From the sequence record KX397371.1: a stretch of DNA of 64,000 nucleotides; one strand, 5' to 3'. The translations under genes and the position numbers were made by a program. Positions 1 to 10,021 of this stretch are shown here, piece by piece (position 1 is the first letter of the stretch; the number at the start of each line of letters is the position of its first letter). A model generated the notes under the pieces. That model was not told the origin of the DNA and searched no databases. It saw only the letters and a list, made by a program, of their open reading frames with translations.

Positions 1-1247
1 CAAACGGCCGCAACACGAAAGCTGTCTTTACCGGATTTCCGGGTTCGGGGTTGCAAGGTAACGTAACCCTTTTTTACGACCGCATTAACCTGTCGACTTT
101 ATTTAACTTTGTACCGAAAGTCTACATGCCGGATGCCGTGCGCAATTATCGTGACGCGTTACCGGTTATCAATGAAGCTTTAGGGTTGTCGTTGACCGCG
201 AACGACATTACCACACCCGATGCGCTACTGACACAATCGTCAGCCGCACCCCAGTCAGGCAAAATTACAATCGACGGTAACTGTCCGGCCTTTACCGGTG
301 CCATCAGCTTTACGTATATGCTGGAAGGGGCAGGCTTTTATCCTGACTCAGGCCCTGGACCGAAAACCTTATTGCAAGGCGACAGCCTGCGTGGTTATTT
401 CGGTGTGGTGGATGCCGCCGAACTGTTTACCCACAAAGCACTTATTGATACGGTGTTCTTGAAAGGAACGAAGCCGGTGTTGAGTCCCGGTACCGAAGGG
501 TGGCACAAATTCTTCTATCAAGGACGGGTGCTGTACTTCCCGGTGAGCGCCATCGGCTACACTATTGCCTGGCAAACGTTGTACGGCGAAGGATTGGTCT
601 ATGGCGTAGACGGCCCTGGCCCCTATCCGTCGGGCACGCCGGTTGACCAAGGTCGCATTATTGCTGCCGACTCCGTCAGCGAAGGTCGCTTCTATTACCG
701 CTGTCGTTTACCGGCGCTGGGCAAAGACCCGGTGTCGGCGACCAACCTGCTACCGGCAACGGAATACGCGGGCAGTGAACTAGAGATGTTCAATTATCTC
801 TATAACGGAAAGTGGGCAGCATTGCGGGGCGCTGCATGGACGGTGTACATCATGACGCAGGCCAGTGTCGTGGGGACGTTAACCAACCACAAGGTTATCA
901 CCGGTTCTCTTGCCGCTTCAACCAACATACCGAAAACCACGGCGAGCACCAGCTACACCTGGTTCCCGGTGCTGGAGTTGGTTGACAAAAACGGCACGAC
1001 CTTAGGACTGGAAGAGATCAAGGGTAATGTTGACCATACGCTTTCTCCGATTCTTTTCGATACCACTAACACGATGGAACTCCATCCGGTGGTGTTAGGT
1101 AATCCACGTACCGTTGAATTTGCCCCGGTGCTGTTCTCTGCGGATAACAGTATGGCGTTGCATCCGGTGACGTTAGGCTTACCGAAGACCGTGGACTTCA
1201 CCCCCATCACCTTTACGGCTGAGCTATATACCCCGCCGGAAAGTTAA
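1..1247 (+). CDS. Virion structural/fibre-like protein, type A copy 1 (5'-truncated by window edge)
   Basis: The frame is open from base 3 (NGRNTKAVFTGFPGSGLQGNVTLFYDR) and aligns with SGRNTRIQLNG..GSG..GKMEFFYDR of 3208 and 6534, so the true start lies upstream. Carries GPGPKTLLQGD..GYFG and WFPVLELV motifs. Confidence 0.7.
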   Translation, partial: NGRNTKAVFTGFPGSGLQGNVTLFYDRINLSTLFNFVPKVYMPDAVRNYRDALPVINEALGLSLTANDITTPDALLTQSSAAPQSGKITIDGNCPAFTGAISFTYMLEGAGFYPDSGPGPKTLLQGDSLRGYFGVVDAAELFTHKALIDTVFLKGTKPVLSPGTEGWHKFFYQGRVLYFPVSAIGYTIAWQTLYGEGLVYGVDGPGPYPSGTPVDQGRIIAADSVSEGRFYYRCRLPALGKDPVSATNLLPATEYAGSELEMFNYLYNGKWAALRGAAWTVYIMTQASVVGTLTNHKVITGSLAASTNIPKTTASTSYTWFPVLELVDKNGTTLGLEEIKGNVDHTLSPILFDTTNTMELHPVVLGNPRTVEFAPVLFSADNSMALHPVTLGLPKTVDFTPITFTAELYTPPES

Positions 1248-1259
1248 GAGGTAGTTATC

Positions 1260-2255
1260 ATGTCATTTACATTGCGTTGGAAGAACCCAAACGTAATTGC
1301 CACGGTGGTGAACATCTACCGTGACGTCAAAGATATTTCTGTTAGTGCACTACCTGCTCCGATTGCGACGTTGTCGAACGGAGAAACCGAATGGCGTGAT
1401 ACCACCGCCGTGGGTGGGGCGACCTACTACTATTTGCTGACTGTGACCGCGAACGGTAAGACCGTGGCGACAGCGAGCCAGAAATACGTGGTGGAGGTCA
1501 AGCGCGGGATTGGTCCGATGACCATTATCCAGGGCGATGACCGTCTCGGTTTTATGGGCAATGTACCGTACGATGAGCAGTGGCAGCCTACTCAGATGCC
1601 TGCGAGCTTTCAGGCAATGTACCCGACGCTACTGACTGATCGTGTCAGCCTGAGTAAGTTTACCCGCAACGGTAAAATCCTGTACCTGCTCAATAACAGT
1701 GCCCAGTTCCTCGGACAACAGTCGTGGGCGACGTTGTATCAGGCGGGGTTGGTGTACGGGACGGATGACTTTGGGCCGGTTGGTGGCCACGGGACGTTAC
1801 CCGATACCTTGCAGGATGCAAAGATTTATCACAATGGTGATGTGTATCGGATGCGTCTTGCGCGTGGACTTACCGAAGAAGGCCAGTCACCAGCGTTTGC
1901 GTTTGACAGCAGCCTGCATTTGAAAGACCACGATGCGGTCTCTGCGCTTACCGGATTTAACGAATACAACGACCTGCTGTACAGCATGGTGGTGGATGTC
2001 CCGGTCAAACAGCGCTGGGCGAACTGGAACCAGCTTGGGTCGAATCTGTTAGGTGCGGGCAGCGTTGCCAGTAACTCGGTACTGATTAACGGTGGGGTAC
2101 TTTGCCAAGAACACGACACGGCGACAGACAAGATTCTGCAACGTGGGTTGTTCTTGGCCACGACCCTGACGGCCACGTCGGCTATTCAACGTATTAACTA
2201 CACCACCCCTGCTCAGCTAGGGCGTTACTTCCCTATCTTTGAGCTGGTTGAGTAA
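1260..2255 (+). CDS. Virion structural protein, type B copy 1 (N-terminal FnIII/Ig-like domain + shared C-terminal domain)
   Basis: SD gaggt. N-terminus LRWKNPN..VNIYRD..YYYLL, then GIGP..GDDRLGFMG and terminal FPIFELVE. Paralogous to 4614 and 8079. Confidence 0.7.
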   Translation: MSFTLRWKNPNVIATVVNIYRDVKDISVSALPAPIATLSNGETEWRDTTAVGGATYYYLLTVTANGKTVATASQKYVVEVKRGIGPMTIIQGDDRLGFMGNVPYDEQWQPTQMPASFQAMYPTLLTDRVSLSKFTRNGKILYLLNNSAQFLGQQSWATLYQAGLVYGTDDFGPVGGHGTLPDTLQDAKIYHNGDVYRMRLARGLTEEGQSPAFAFDSSLHLKDHDAVSALTGFNEYNDLLYSMVVDVPVKQRWANWNQLGSNLLGAGSVASNSVLINGGVLCQEHDTATDKILQRGLFLATTLTATSAIQRINYTTPAQLGRYFPIFELVE

Positions 2256-2264
2256 GGAACGGTC

Positions 2265-3194
2265 ATGACTATTCGTTTAAACTGGCCGTCACAAGCGGCC
2301 AAAGGTCTCACCGCCATTGAAATTTACCGCAAGGTCGGTTGGAATGCCACGCTGGATGTTAACAATCCGGGGACTCCACACGCCACGCTTGCAGGGGACG
2401 CTACCCAGTTTGTCGATGATGTGGCAACCCTGACCAACAACACGACCTACCGTTATTGGGTGGCGGCAGTGAAAGGTACCGAACGACTGATTGGTAATCC
2501 GATTACCCAAGGCTTCTTCCTCGACACTGGACCGGGTCCACAGACGTTGAAGAAAGGGGACTGGGGTTGCGGGTATTTCGGCACCCTCACCAAAGAAGAG
2601 TTCTTCAACACCCCCGAGCTGAAAGTTCTGTTACCTGCTGGTCAAGCGGCACTGTTTGTTTACGACCCGCCGCTGTGGCACAAGTTTATTTTCCGGGGCC
2701 GTATTCTGTTCTTCCCGAACTACACCCACAGTAGCACCGCCTCGTTCGCCACCGCGTATTTGCGTGGGATGGCGTACGGCACGGATGATAACGGACTGTA
2801 TGTCCCCACTGGGCAAACTGCCACTAAACAGGACTGTAAAGTCACCAAGGGCGGCCGTACTTACCGTATCCGTTTACCGTGGGCGTTGCCTTACGATACC
2901 ACCAACGGTGCGTCAGGGGATTACAATAACGGTGAATGGCGCAGTACCATGGCACGTCTGTTCACGCGTGGCGCTAACGACCAGGCACCTGTCGGGCTTG
3001 GCATGTGGGATTCCCTGGCCAACTGGGGTACCAGTAACAGCATGTCCGACCCAGGTGCTACCGCAATGGCACCGATGTACGGTAACGGTTATAACCTGTA
3101 CTGTTACGGCTATAGCCCTGTCAATATCACTATTAACAGTAACCTCAGCTCACCGACCAGCATGCTCTTTGTGTTCGAGCTGATTTTACCGTAA
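2265..3194 (+). CDS. Virion structural protein, type C copy 1
   Basis: N-terminus IRLNW..Q..LTAIEIYR, GPGPQTLKKGDWGCGYFG, terminal FVFELIL. Paralogous to 5640 and 9078. Confidence 0.7.
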   Translation: MTIRLNWPSQAAKGLTAIEIYRKVGWNATLDVNNPGTPHATLAGDATQFVDDVATLTNNTTYRYWVAAVKGTERLIGNPITQGFFLDTGPGPQTLKKGDWGCGYFGTLTKEEFFNTPELKVLLPAGQAALFVYDPPLWHKFIFRGRILFFPNYTHSSTASFATAYLRGMAYGTDDNGLYVPTGQTATKQDCKVTKGGRTYRIRLPWALPYDTTNGASGDYNNGEWRSTMARLFTRGANDQAPVGLGMWDSLANWGTSNSMSDPGATAMAPMYGNGYNLYCYGYSPVNITINSNLSSPTSMLFVFELILP

Positions 3195-3207
3195 CGGAGT
3201 ATCCATC

Positions 3208-4602
3208 ATGGGTCTGTATAGCAAACCCGCACTCGATTTATTGGGGGCGCTCATTAACCGGGACAATCCGGGAGTAAAGACTCAGCTGTCGTCGTCCAAC
3301 ATCCTTGTGCTGGGTGGACCATTCACGACCAGTCTGGGCAACAGTGGCCGCAATACCCGTATCCAACTGAACGGGGTTGTGGGTTCTGGCGTCAACGGAA
3401 AGATGGAGTTTTTCTACGATCGTCTGAACCTGGGAGATTTGTTCAAAAACATCACCATTGTCTTTAACGGTGATAACAAGTCGACGAAACTCAAAGATCT
3501 GCTACCGGCGTTGAATGATCAGTATGGGTTAAACTTGACGGAAGCTGATTTAGCCACGCCTGACACAGCTCTGGATTACGGATATACCGCAACGCCCGTC
3601 ACTTTTACCATGGCAGCGGCGAGTCTGGCGTACCGTGGGAGTTTGACGGCAACGTGGACACGCAAACCGGCCGGGGTTTATCCGAAGTCTGGGCCGGGTA
3701 CAAAAACACTGCTGATGGGGAGTCTGCAAGAAGGCTACTTTGGCGTGGTGTCGAAGGAAGAGATGATGACATCCGGGGAGTTCTACGCGAACTTCTTTGA
3801 TGGCAAAACGGTGAACGGGTCAGGGGTGTTGGTTAACAACACGCTGTTCTGGTTGAAGTTTGCGCTGGATGGAAAGTTTGTCTTTGTCCCGAGCCACAAC
3901 ATGATTTCGAACATCAGCTGGGATACCTTGAACGCGTTTGGTGCGGCGAATGCCGATGCTAAATACCCGATGTTCGTGCAAAAAGACGACGACCAGTTCT
4001 TTTTCCAACTGCGATTACCACGATTCTCCACCACGCTTGAGCTTCCGCCGGATCGTACTGACCCTACTTCGGATGCGAATCGTCTGTTCAACAAGGTGCA
4101 TAAGCAGTCGTACGGTAACGGGGCGTGGGCCGCGTTGACCACCGTGGATATGGCAAACGCCTTTGTCTGGTGGAACAAGCGAAATGATACCTCGGCACCG
4201 TTCCCCGTTTACGTCTCGGCGTTTAACCAAGTCTCGGTAAACAATGCCCCGCCCGCCAGCCCACAAAACTGGCGACCAGTGTTGGAACTGGTCGATGCAG
4301 CTGACTACCTGATGCCGATGCGTAACCTCCAGGCAAAATTGGAAGTACCGGTACGGAACTTTGGGTTTATTCTCACGAGTATCATCGACTCGAGTACGTT
4401 GCAGGCGATGAAAAACATCTCGGCAACACTGGCACGCGGTGTACCGGCACCGGTGTTGTACCGCCCAACGGCGAACATCTTCAAAGCAGCGCAAGACTTC
4501 CGAGCGACGAATCCGGTACGGTCGTTTGCATTCCGGTTCACAGCGACGTACGACAGGCGGACTGATTTAGCCACCACCAATGGCGAACTGAGCGGCTTTT
4601 AA
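3208..4602 (+). CDS. Virion structural protein, type A copy 2
   Basis: MGLY..LI.RDNP..SGRN..FFYDRLNL N-domain, GPGTKTLLMG..GYFG, WRPVLELV, C-terminal DLATTNGELSGF. Confidence 0.7.
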   Translation: MGLYSKPALDLLGALINRDNPGVKTQLSSSNILVLGGPFTTSLGNSGRNTRIQLNGVVGSGVNGKMEFFYDRLNLGDLFKNITIVFNGDNKSTKLKDLLPALNDQYGLNLTEADLATPDTALDYGYTATPVTFTMAAASLAYRGSLTATWTRKPAGVYPKSGPGTKTLLMGSLQEGYFGVVSKEEMMTSGEFYANFFDGKTVNGSGVLVNNTLFWLKFALDGKFVFVPSHNMISNISWDTLNAFGAANADAKYPMFVQKDDDQFFFQLRLPRFSTTLELPPDRTDPTSDANRLFNKVHKQSYGNGAWAALTTVDMANAFVWWNKRNDTSAPFPVYVSAFNQVSVNNAPPASPQNWRPVLELVDAADYLMPMRNLQAKLEVPVRNFGFILTSIIDSSTLQAMKNISATLARGVPAPVLYRPTANIFKAAQDFRATNPVRSFAFRFTATYDRRTDLATTNGELSGF

Positions 4603-4613
4603 AGGATACGATT

Positions 4614-5630
4614 ATGTCATTAAAACTTTCGTGGGCTAACCCGAACACGGCAGCCACCGCGATCCGTATCTATCGTAAAGATACGAACTTTGACTCCAGT
4701 TCCCTTCCCACGCCGCTGGCGGAGATTGGGCCATTGGAAACCAGTTACATCGACACCACGGCGGTCGAAGGCAACAGTTACTACTACGCCATCGGTACCG
4801 TGAGTGCGGTGGACGAGGTCTTTACCGCGACGCAAAAAATCGTTGCCACAGATAACCGTGGTGCGGGCCCAAACGTCTTGCTCGGTGGTGACACCATGCT
4901 TGGGTACTACGGTCAAATGCTGGTTGAAGACTTTGTCAACAACTCCACCATTCTGGCTGCGGCGGCATCGCTTGCGGGGTTGCCAACGGCGTTGGTATCC
5001 CCAAACTGGCACAAGTTTATCCGTAACGGCAAAATCTTGTACTTACCGGACACCAACTTCGGTAATACCGATTACCGCTATCTGTACCAGGCAGGTTTTG
5101 TCCACGGTATTGATGCGAACGGCCCGACAGGCTTCGCGACGACGGGTCTGACACCAACGAAGCAGTTGCGCACTTTTGTGCTGAAAGGCCAGACGTACAA
5201 AATTCGACTGATGCGTGGTTGGAGTGATGGCCCAGAAACGGATATCTCGGCGTACAACGGTGCGGCGGCTAACCACGATAACGTGGCGAATACCAAAGAC
5301 AACGAATTCAACGACTTGGTTTACGCGTTGAATAAGTTCACGCCGTTGAAACAGCGTACCCCGAACTTCCTCAATCTGGAGTGGGATAAGTTTGTCGGTG
5401 CACCAACCACCAACTGGAGCAGCTCAGAAGCCCTGAGTGCCATGATTGCACAGTTCCGCATTGTGACTCAGGAGCGTTGGCCGAACGGCAGTGTGTTATC
5501 CCGCGGTCAGCGTGAAGTGACGTGGGGGCAGTATGCCTCACCACATTCGCGTGCGCATGTGTCGAACATCAGTTCCTCCGGAGTCACGCAAACGCTGATC
5601 TGGTTGCCAGTTATCGAACTCGTGGATTAA
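4614..5630 (+). CDS. Virion structural protein, type B copy 2
   Basis: LSWANPN..IRIYRKD..YYYAI, GAGPNVLLGGD..GYYG, terminal WLPVIELVD. Confidence 0.7.
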   Translation: MSLKLSWANPNTAATAIRIYRKDTNFDSSSLPTPLAEIGPLETSYIDTTAVEGNSYYYAIGTVSAVDEVFTATQKIVATDNRGAGPNVLLGGDTMLGYYGQMLVEDFVNNSTILAAAASLAGLPTALVSPNWHKFIRNGKILYLPDTNFGNTDYRYLYQAGFVHGIDANGPTGFATTGLTPTKQLRTFVLKGQTYKIRLMRGWSDGPETDISAYNGAAANHDNVANTKDNEFNDLVYALNKFTPLKQRTPNFLNLEWDKFVGAPTTNWSSSEALSAMIAQFRIVTQERWPNGSVLSRGQREVTWGQYASPHSRAHVSNISSSGVTQTLIWLPVIELVD

Positions 5631-5639
5631 GAGGTTACA

Positions 5640-6524
5640 ATGGGTATTAAATTAGATTGGGTGGATCAGTCTGCCCAACAGCTCACCGCGATTGAGATTT
5701 ATCGTAGCGCCACGCCAATCTCTACGACGAACCCCGGTACACCGCTTGTGACGTTGCCGGGTAACGCGACGAGTTATGAAGACAGTACCGTCAAAAACAA
5801 ATCGCGTTATTACTACCGTATTGCCGCAGTGAAGGGTAGCGATAAAAGCTTCTCGCCGAATCAGCTTACCGGCTACTTCGCGGAAACCGGACCGGGGCGC
5901 TCTACCCCGATGCGTGGGGACTGGAACGCGGGCTTTATGGATGTACTACCGATGAACGATTTCGTCAGTATGTCATCGTTGTTTACTAAGCTCCCCGGTT
6001 TGGCGAAATACGGCCCGGTCGCAACCACTATCCCTAGCTGGTACAAGATGTGTTATCAAGGAAAGGTGTTGTTTGTGCCTAGTGCGGCAATCACCAATAT
6101 GTCTTGGAACGAACTGTACGCGGAGAAAGCCATCTTTGGGGAAGAAAGCACCGCAACACTGCCTAACGGCACCTTAGCCAGCGGGAAGCTAATGGTGGAA
6201 ATCGGCGGCCTGAACTATATCGTTCGTTGCCCGAAACTCTCACCGGTGGCGTACAGCAACTACGTCACCCTGCAAGAGCAAACGGTGGACAGTGAGTGGC
6301 GTGATACCGTCAGTCGTCTTGCGCAGTTATCGCTTGAGCCACAGGCTGGGGCCAAAACCCGCCTGATGGACTTGACGGGCGCTCCGTTTATCGCAGTAGG
6401 GGGTCATCTGCAAAACGCCACCCAGCACACCGCGATACTGACGGCGGCACCGGGTGCCTTGTCGTACGGGGGTGTTAACAACCGCTATGCTATCGGTTTG
6501 ATTCTCGAACTCGTCATGCCGTAA
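5640..6524 (+). CDS. Virion structural protein, type C copy 2
   Basis: IKLDWVDQS..LTAIEIYRS, GPGRSTPMRGDWNAGF, terminal LILELVMP. Confidence 0.7.
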   Translation: MGIKLDWVDQSAQQLTAIEIYRSATPISTTNPGTPLVTLPGNATSYEDSTVKNKSRYYYRIAAVKGSDKSFSPNQLTGYFAETGPGRSTPMRGDWNAGFMDVLPMNDFVSMSSLFTKLPGLAKYGPVATTIPSWYKMCYQGKVLFVPSAAITNMSWNELYAEKAIFGEESTATLPNGTLASGKLMVEIGGLNYIVRCPKLSPVAYSNYVTLQEQTVDSEWRDTVSRLAQLSLEPQAGAKTRLMDLTGAPFIAVGGHLQNATQHTAILTAAPGALSYGGVNNRYAIGLILELVMP

Positions 6525-6533
6525 GGAGGGCAC

Positions 6534-8066
6534 ATGGGTTTATACGATCGTGATTCGCTGAGTTTACTGTGTCGGCTCATCATGCGCGATAATCCCCAGC
6601 TTGCTGTAGCACTTGATCCGAGTAAGGTGATGGTGCTCAGCGGACCCTTTACATCCGGTTTAGGTAACAGCGGGCGCAATGCCCGCATTACCCTGAACGG
6701 ACGGACCGGCTCAGGGATTGTTGGGAAAAAAGAATTCTTCTACGACCGCATCAACCTCGGTGCCTTATTCAACGGCATTACCGTGGTGTTTATGGCTGCG
6801 GGGAGCGCGAAAACGTACGCCGATTTGTTACCGGCTCTCAATGAGCAGTATGGTATCACATTGCAGGCTTCAGACCTCGCCAACGGTACCACCAAGCTGC
6901 CGCAAGCCTACACCCCTACACAGGTGACACTCACCATTGCCAGCACCTCACCGGCCTTTACAGGTAGCCTGACGGTCACCTGGACCCGAACGCCGGTAGG
7001 CACCTTCCCGGACTCGGGACCGGGCAGCAAGGTGATGTTGATTGGGGATATGGATGAAGGGTACTTCGGTTTAGTGTCCGAAGAGGAGCTGTTCAATGCC
7101 CCTGCATTGCATGCGAAGATAAACGAAGGCAATGCCAGCCCTGTCGGTACGGTTAATGCCATCCCAGCCACCCGCCACTGGTATAAGTTTGCCCGCGACG
7201 GCAAGATTGTTTATCTGGCCAGTTACAACCACATTAACATTCTCTGGCGGGATTTGTATACGCGTGGGGCAGTGTACGAAACCACCGTACCGCTCAACGA
7301 TCATAAAGCCCCTGCCAGTTTGACACGCACGGTGCAGAAGTTAGCAATGCGGAAAGTGGAGAGCGGACGGGAATGGTATTTGTCGCCATGTATGCCACGT
7401 CTGTCCGACCAGACCTCTTGGGACTATAGTGCCATTAACCAAACGCCCGACCCAACGGGTGACGTTGCCCGGCTGTTTATGAAAGTGGCAAATGCGGGAG
7501 GCTACGCTACCGGGGAATGGGACGTTCAGTCCATCGACGCCAACGGTTACTGGCAGTCCACGGCTTCTAAGTCTGACCCAGCAAAAGCCTTCGGCAGCAG
7601 CATGGTCGGTTGGAACCAGGGGATGTACGACATGCTCACCTTCACCGGGGGCTGGCGGCCGATGCTGGAACTGATTGATCCGGCCGTTGTGGGTTTACCA
7701 TTAGAAAACTTCGTCGGTACCCCAGAGGGGGTTCTGCGTAAACCGTTGGTCACCATTAGTCCAGACACCGGCGATGTCCTGTTGCTGCTGTCGGACGTCG
7801 CGTGGGAAATCCAGGGGGCGTTGAAAAAGCCACAGGTCTCAATGCTACCCTCTCCACTGCTGAATGTCAGAGAGATAACGGCGCGCGTAGCAGCAGAAAC
7901 CGATCCGCTTGTGCTGGACTTTGTTACGGCACCTCTCCTGAGTGTACGGCAGACCAGCTGGCAAAACGTATTGCGAGCACCGCAAGCACAACTTGTTGCG
8001 GAATACAAAGCATCGACGGTTGTTAATCTCGCGACTGCGAACGGTGAACTCGACGGCTTTAAATAA
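6534..8066 (+). CDS. Virion structural protein, type A copy 3
   Basis: MGLY..LIMRDNP..SGRN..FFYDRINL, GPGSKVMLIGD..GYFG, WRPMLELID, C-terminal NLATANGELDGFK. Confidence 0.7.
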   Translation: MGLYDRDSLSLLCRLIMRDNPQLAVALDPSKVMVLSGPFTSGLGNSGRNARITLNGRTGSGIVGKKEFFYDRINLGALFNGITVVFMAAGSAKTYADLLPALNEQYGITLQASDLANGTTKLPQAYTPTQVTLTIASTSPAFTGSLTVTWTRTPVGTFPDSGPGSKVMLIGDMDEGYFGLVSEEELFNAPALHAKINEGNASPVGTVNAIPATRHWYKFARDGKIVYLASYNHINILWRDLYTRGAVYETTVPLNDHKAPASLTRTVQKLAMRKVESGREWYLSPCMPRLSDQTSWDYSAINQTPDPTGDVARLFMKVANAGGYATGEWDVQSIDANGYWQSTASKSDPAKAFGSSMVGWNQGMYDMLTFTGGWRPMLELIDPAVVGLPLENFVGTPEGVLRKPLVTISPDTGDVLLLLSDVAWEIQGALKKPQVSMLPSPLLNVREITARVAAETDPLVLDFVTAPLLSVRQTSWQNVLRAPQAQLVAEYKASTVVNLATANGELDGFK

Positions 8067-8078
8067 GAGGATTTGTAA

Positions 8079-9074
8079 ATGGCCTTAAAACTAAAATGGA
8101 AGAACCCGAATGTCGGGGCGACCACCATTGACATTTATCGTGGCGATACGATTAACGTCAGTCTCACCACACCACTGGTGACATTAACGAACGGCGAGCT
8201 GTCGTGGGTAGATACGACGGCATTGTTTGGAAAAACGTATTACTACGTCTGGGCCGTGAATACCGCAAACGACCGCGTAGTCAGTCGCCCACAGAAAATT
8301 GAGGTTAACGACCGTAAAGGCCCTGGACCCAACTTGCTGTTGCATGGTAACGAAGGCTACGGTTTCTTTGGGGTGGTTCCAGCCGCAGATTTTGTTAACA
8401 GCGGCGCTATCTTGGCCGTAGCGAAAAATCTCAGTGGTATCCCGCAAGCCACCGTGTATCCGACTTGGTATAAGTTCATTCGCAAAGGCAAGGTTCTGTT
8501 TGTACCAAACCAAAGCTTTGGCGATACCACTTGGCAAGCGCTGTATAACGCGGGCTTTGTTTACGGGGTTAACAATACGGGACCGGGCGGTGCGGGAACC
8601 GTTAACCAATTAACAACGTTTGAACTGAACGGCGACCTGTTCTTAGTCCGGGCAACAAAAGCGTTTCCTGAGGAAGTGCCGTGGACGGACGGGTTGGGTT
8701 CGTACGACCTTGATACCATGCCTGTGATGGAAAATGTGTACGCCGAATACGAAGACCTGCTGTATCCGATGGTCGCACACTCCCCGCTGCGTAAACGGAT
8801 GGTAACGGTTGGAGATGAAAACCCCAACAACGTCCTACCGCCCCTGTATAACACCGTCTCTCGTACTGTGATTGGGGTCTGCTGCCAGGACTACAACAAC
8901 AACTTAGTGCTCCAGCGCGGGGTTGGCTATAACTCTTACGGCCAATCCACACACAACCGCAGCACGCTCCGTGCCTGCAACCGTCGTACCAAGACCGATA
9001 CCTGTGTATGGTGGCCGGTCGTGGAATACGTGGGGCGCGTAGGTGAAGTAGACTTGACAAAATTAGGAGTGTAA
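8079..9074 (+). CDS. Virion structural protein, type B copy 3
   Basis: LKWKNPN..IDIYRGD..YYYVW, GPGPNLLLHGN..GFFG, terminal WWPVVEYV. Confidence 0.7.
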   Translation: MALKLKWKNPNVGATTIDIYRGDTINVSLTTPLVTLTNGELSWVDTTALFGKTYYYVWAVNTANDRVVSRPQKIEVNDRKGPGPNLLLHGNEGYGFFGVVPAADFVNSGAILAVAKNLSGIPQATVYPTWYKFIRKGKVLFVPNQSFGDTTWQALYNAGFVYGVNNTGPGGAGTVNQLTTFELNGDLFLVRATKAFPEEVPWTDGLGSYDLDTMPVMENVYAEYEDLLYPMVAHSPLRKRMVTVGDENPNNVLPPLYNTVSRTVIGVCCQDYNNNLVLQRGVGYNSYGQSTHNRSTLRACNRRTKTDTCVWWPVVEYVGRVGEVDLTKLGV

Positions 9075-9077
9075 GGG

Positions 9078-9980
9078 ATGGGAATCACGATTAACTGGGA
9101 TGACCAGTCCGACCAAGCGTTAGATGCCATCGAGGTGTATCGTTCAACATCACCGATTGACATTAACAATCCTGGTACCCCGATTGCGACACTGGCAGGA
9201 ACCGCCCGCTCGTACGAAGATACTGCGGTGAAAGTGGGGAACACGTATTACTACTGTGTGGCGGTAAAGAAGGGAGAGAACCGTTCTTTCGGTGCGGTGC
9301 AGACCCAAGGCTATTATGCTAACTTAGGGCCTGGACCACAGCGGTTGTTACGCGGAGATTGGGTACGCGGCTACTTCGGTGAAATGTCTCCAGCTGACTG
9401 GGTGACCCCGGCGGATGTGGCTAACAAAATCAAGGATGTGCTCAAGTCCACCACGGGGATCACCTTCACAACCAGCACCGGCTCTACCTGGTTCAAGTTT
9501 ATCTATAAAGGGAAGATTCTCTTTATTCCGAACCTGAACCTGTTGAACAGCAGCAACTGGACAACCGGCTACAATGCTGGGTTTATTTTCGGCACTGACG
9601 ATTTTGGAAACTCACCAACGGGTGTCCCCGGTGCCGTTAACCAACGTTGTGTGATTGAAATCGCTGGGCTTCAGTACATCGCTCGTGCGATTCGTCTGTC
9701 AGAAAAACCGACTACCCAATACCTGACCGACCAGCTGGATTTTAATGACAGCGAATGGAAGTCTACCTATGCACGACTGCGGACTGACGGGTTAGCCATT
9801 ACCGACCCAACAGTACAACCGCGAGTAAACGACTTGGGCAATCTTAACAGCACAGGCAGCGCGCATATGGCCGATGCTAACAACTCCGCCGCGGTTATTG
9901 GCAGTGCTCCTGAAACCTTGGGCAAAACCCCGAAAACTTCGGGTATTGGCTGGATGGTTGTACTCGAACTGTTGCAATAA
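9078..9980 (+). CDS. Virion structural protein, type C copy 3
   Basis: ITINWDDQS..LDAIEVYRS, GPGPQRLLRGDW..GYFG, terminal VVLELLQ. Confidence 0.7.
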   Translation: MGITINWDDQSDQALDAIEVYRSTSPIDINNPGTPIATLAGTARSYEDTAVKVGNTYYYCVAVKKGENRSFGAVQTQGYYANLGPGPQRLLRGDWVRGYFGEMSPADWVTPADVANKIKDVLKSTTGITFTTSTGSTWFKFIYKGKILFIPNLNLLNSSNWTTGYNAGFIFGTDDFGNSPTGVPGAVNQRCVIEIAGLQYIARAIRLSEKPTTQYLTDQLDFNDSEWKSTYARLRTDGLAITDPTVQPRVNDLGNLNSTGSAHMADANNSAAVIGSAPETLGKTPKTSGIGWMVVLELLQ

Positions 9981-10021
9981 AAAAAGATAACCTCTATACC
10001 CCGAAGGGTATAGAGGTCTTT
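9981..10021. terminator. Bidirectional intrinsic terminator
   Basis: Perfect stem acctctataccc-cgaa-gggtatagaggt (9990-10017) with A-run before and T-run after, between convergent genes. Confidence 0.85.
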
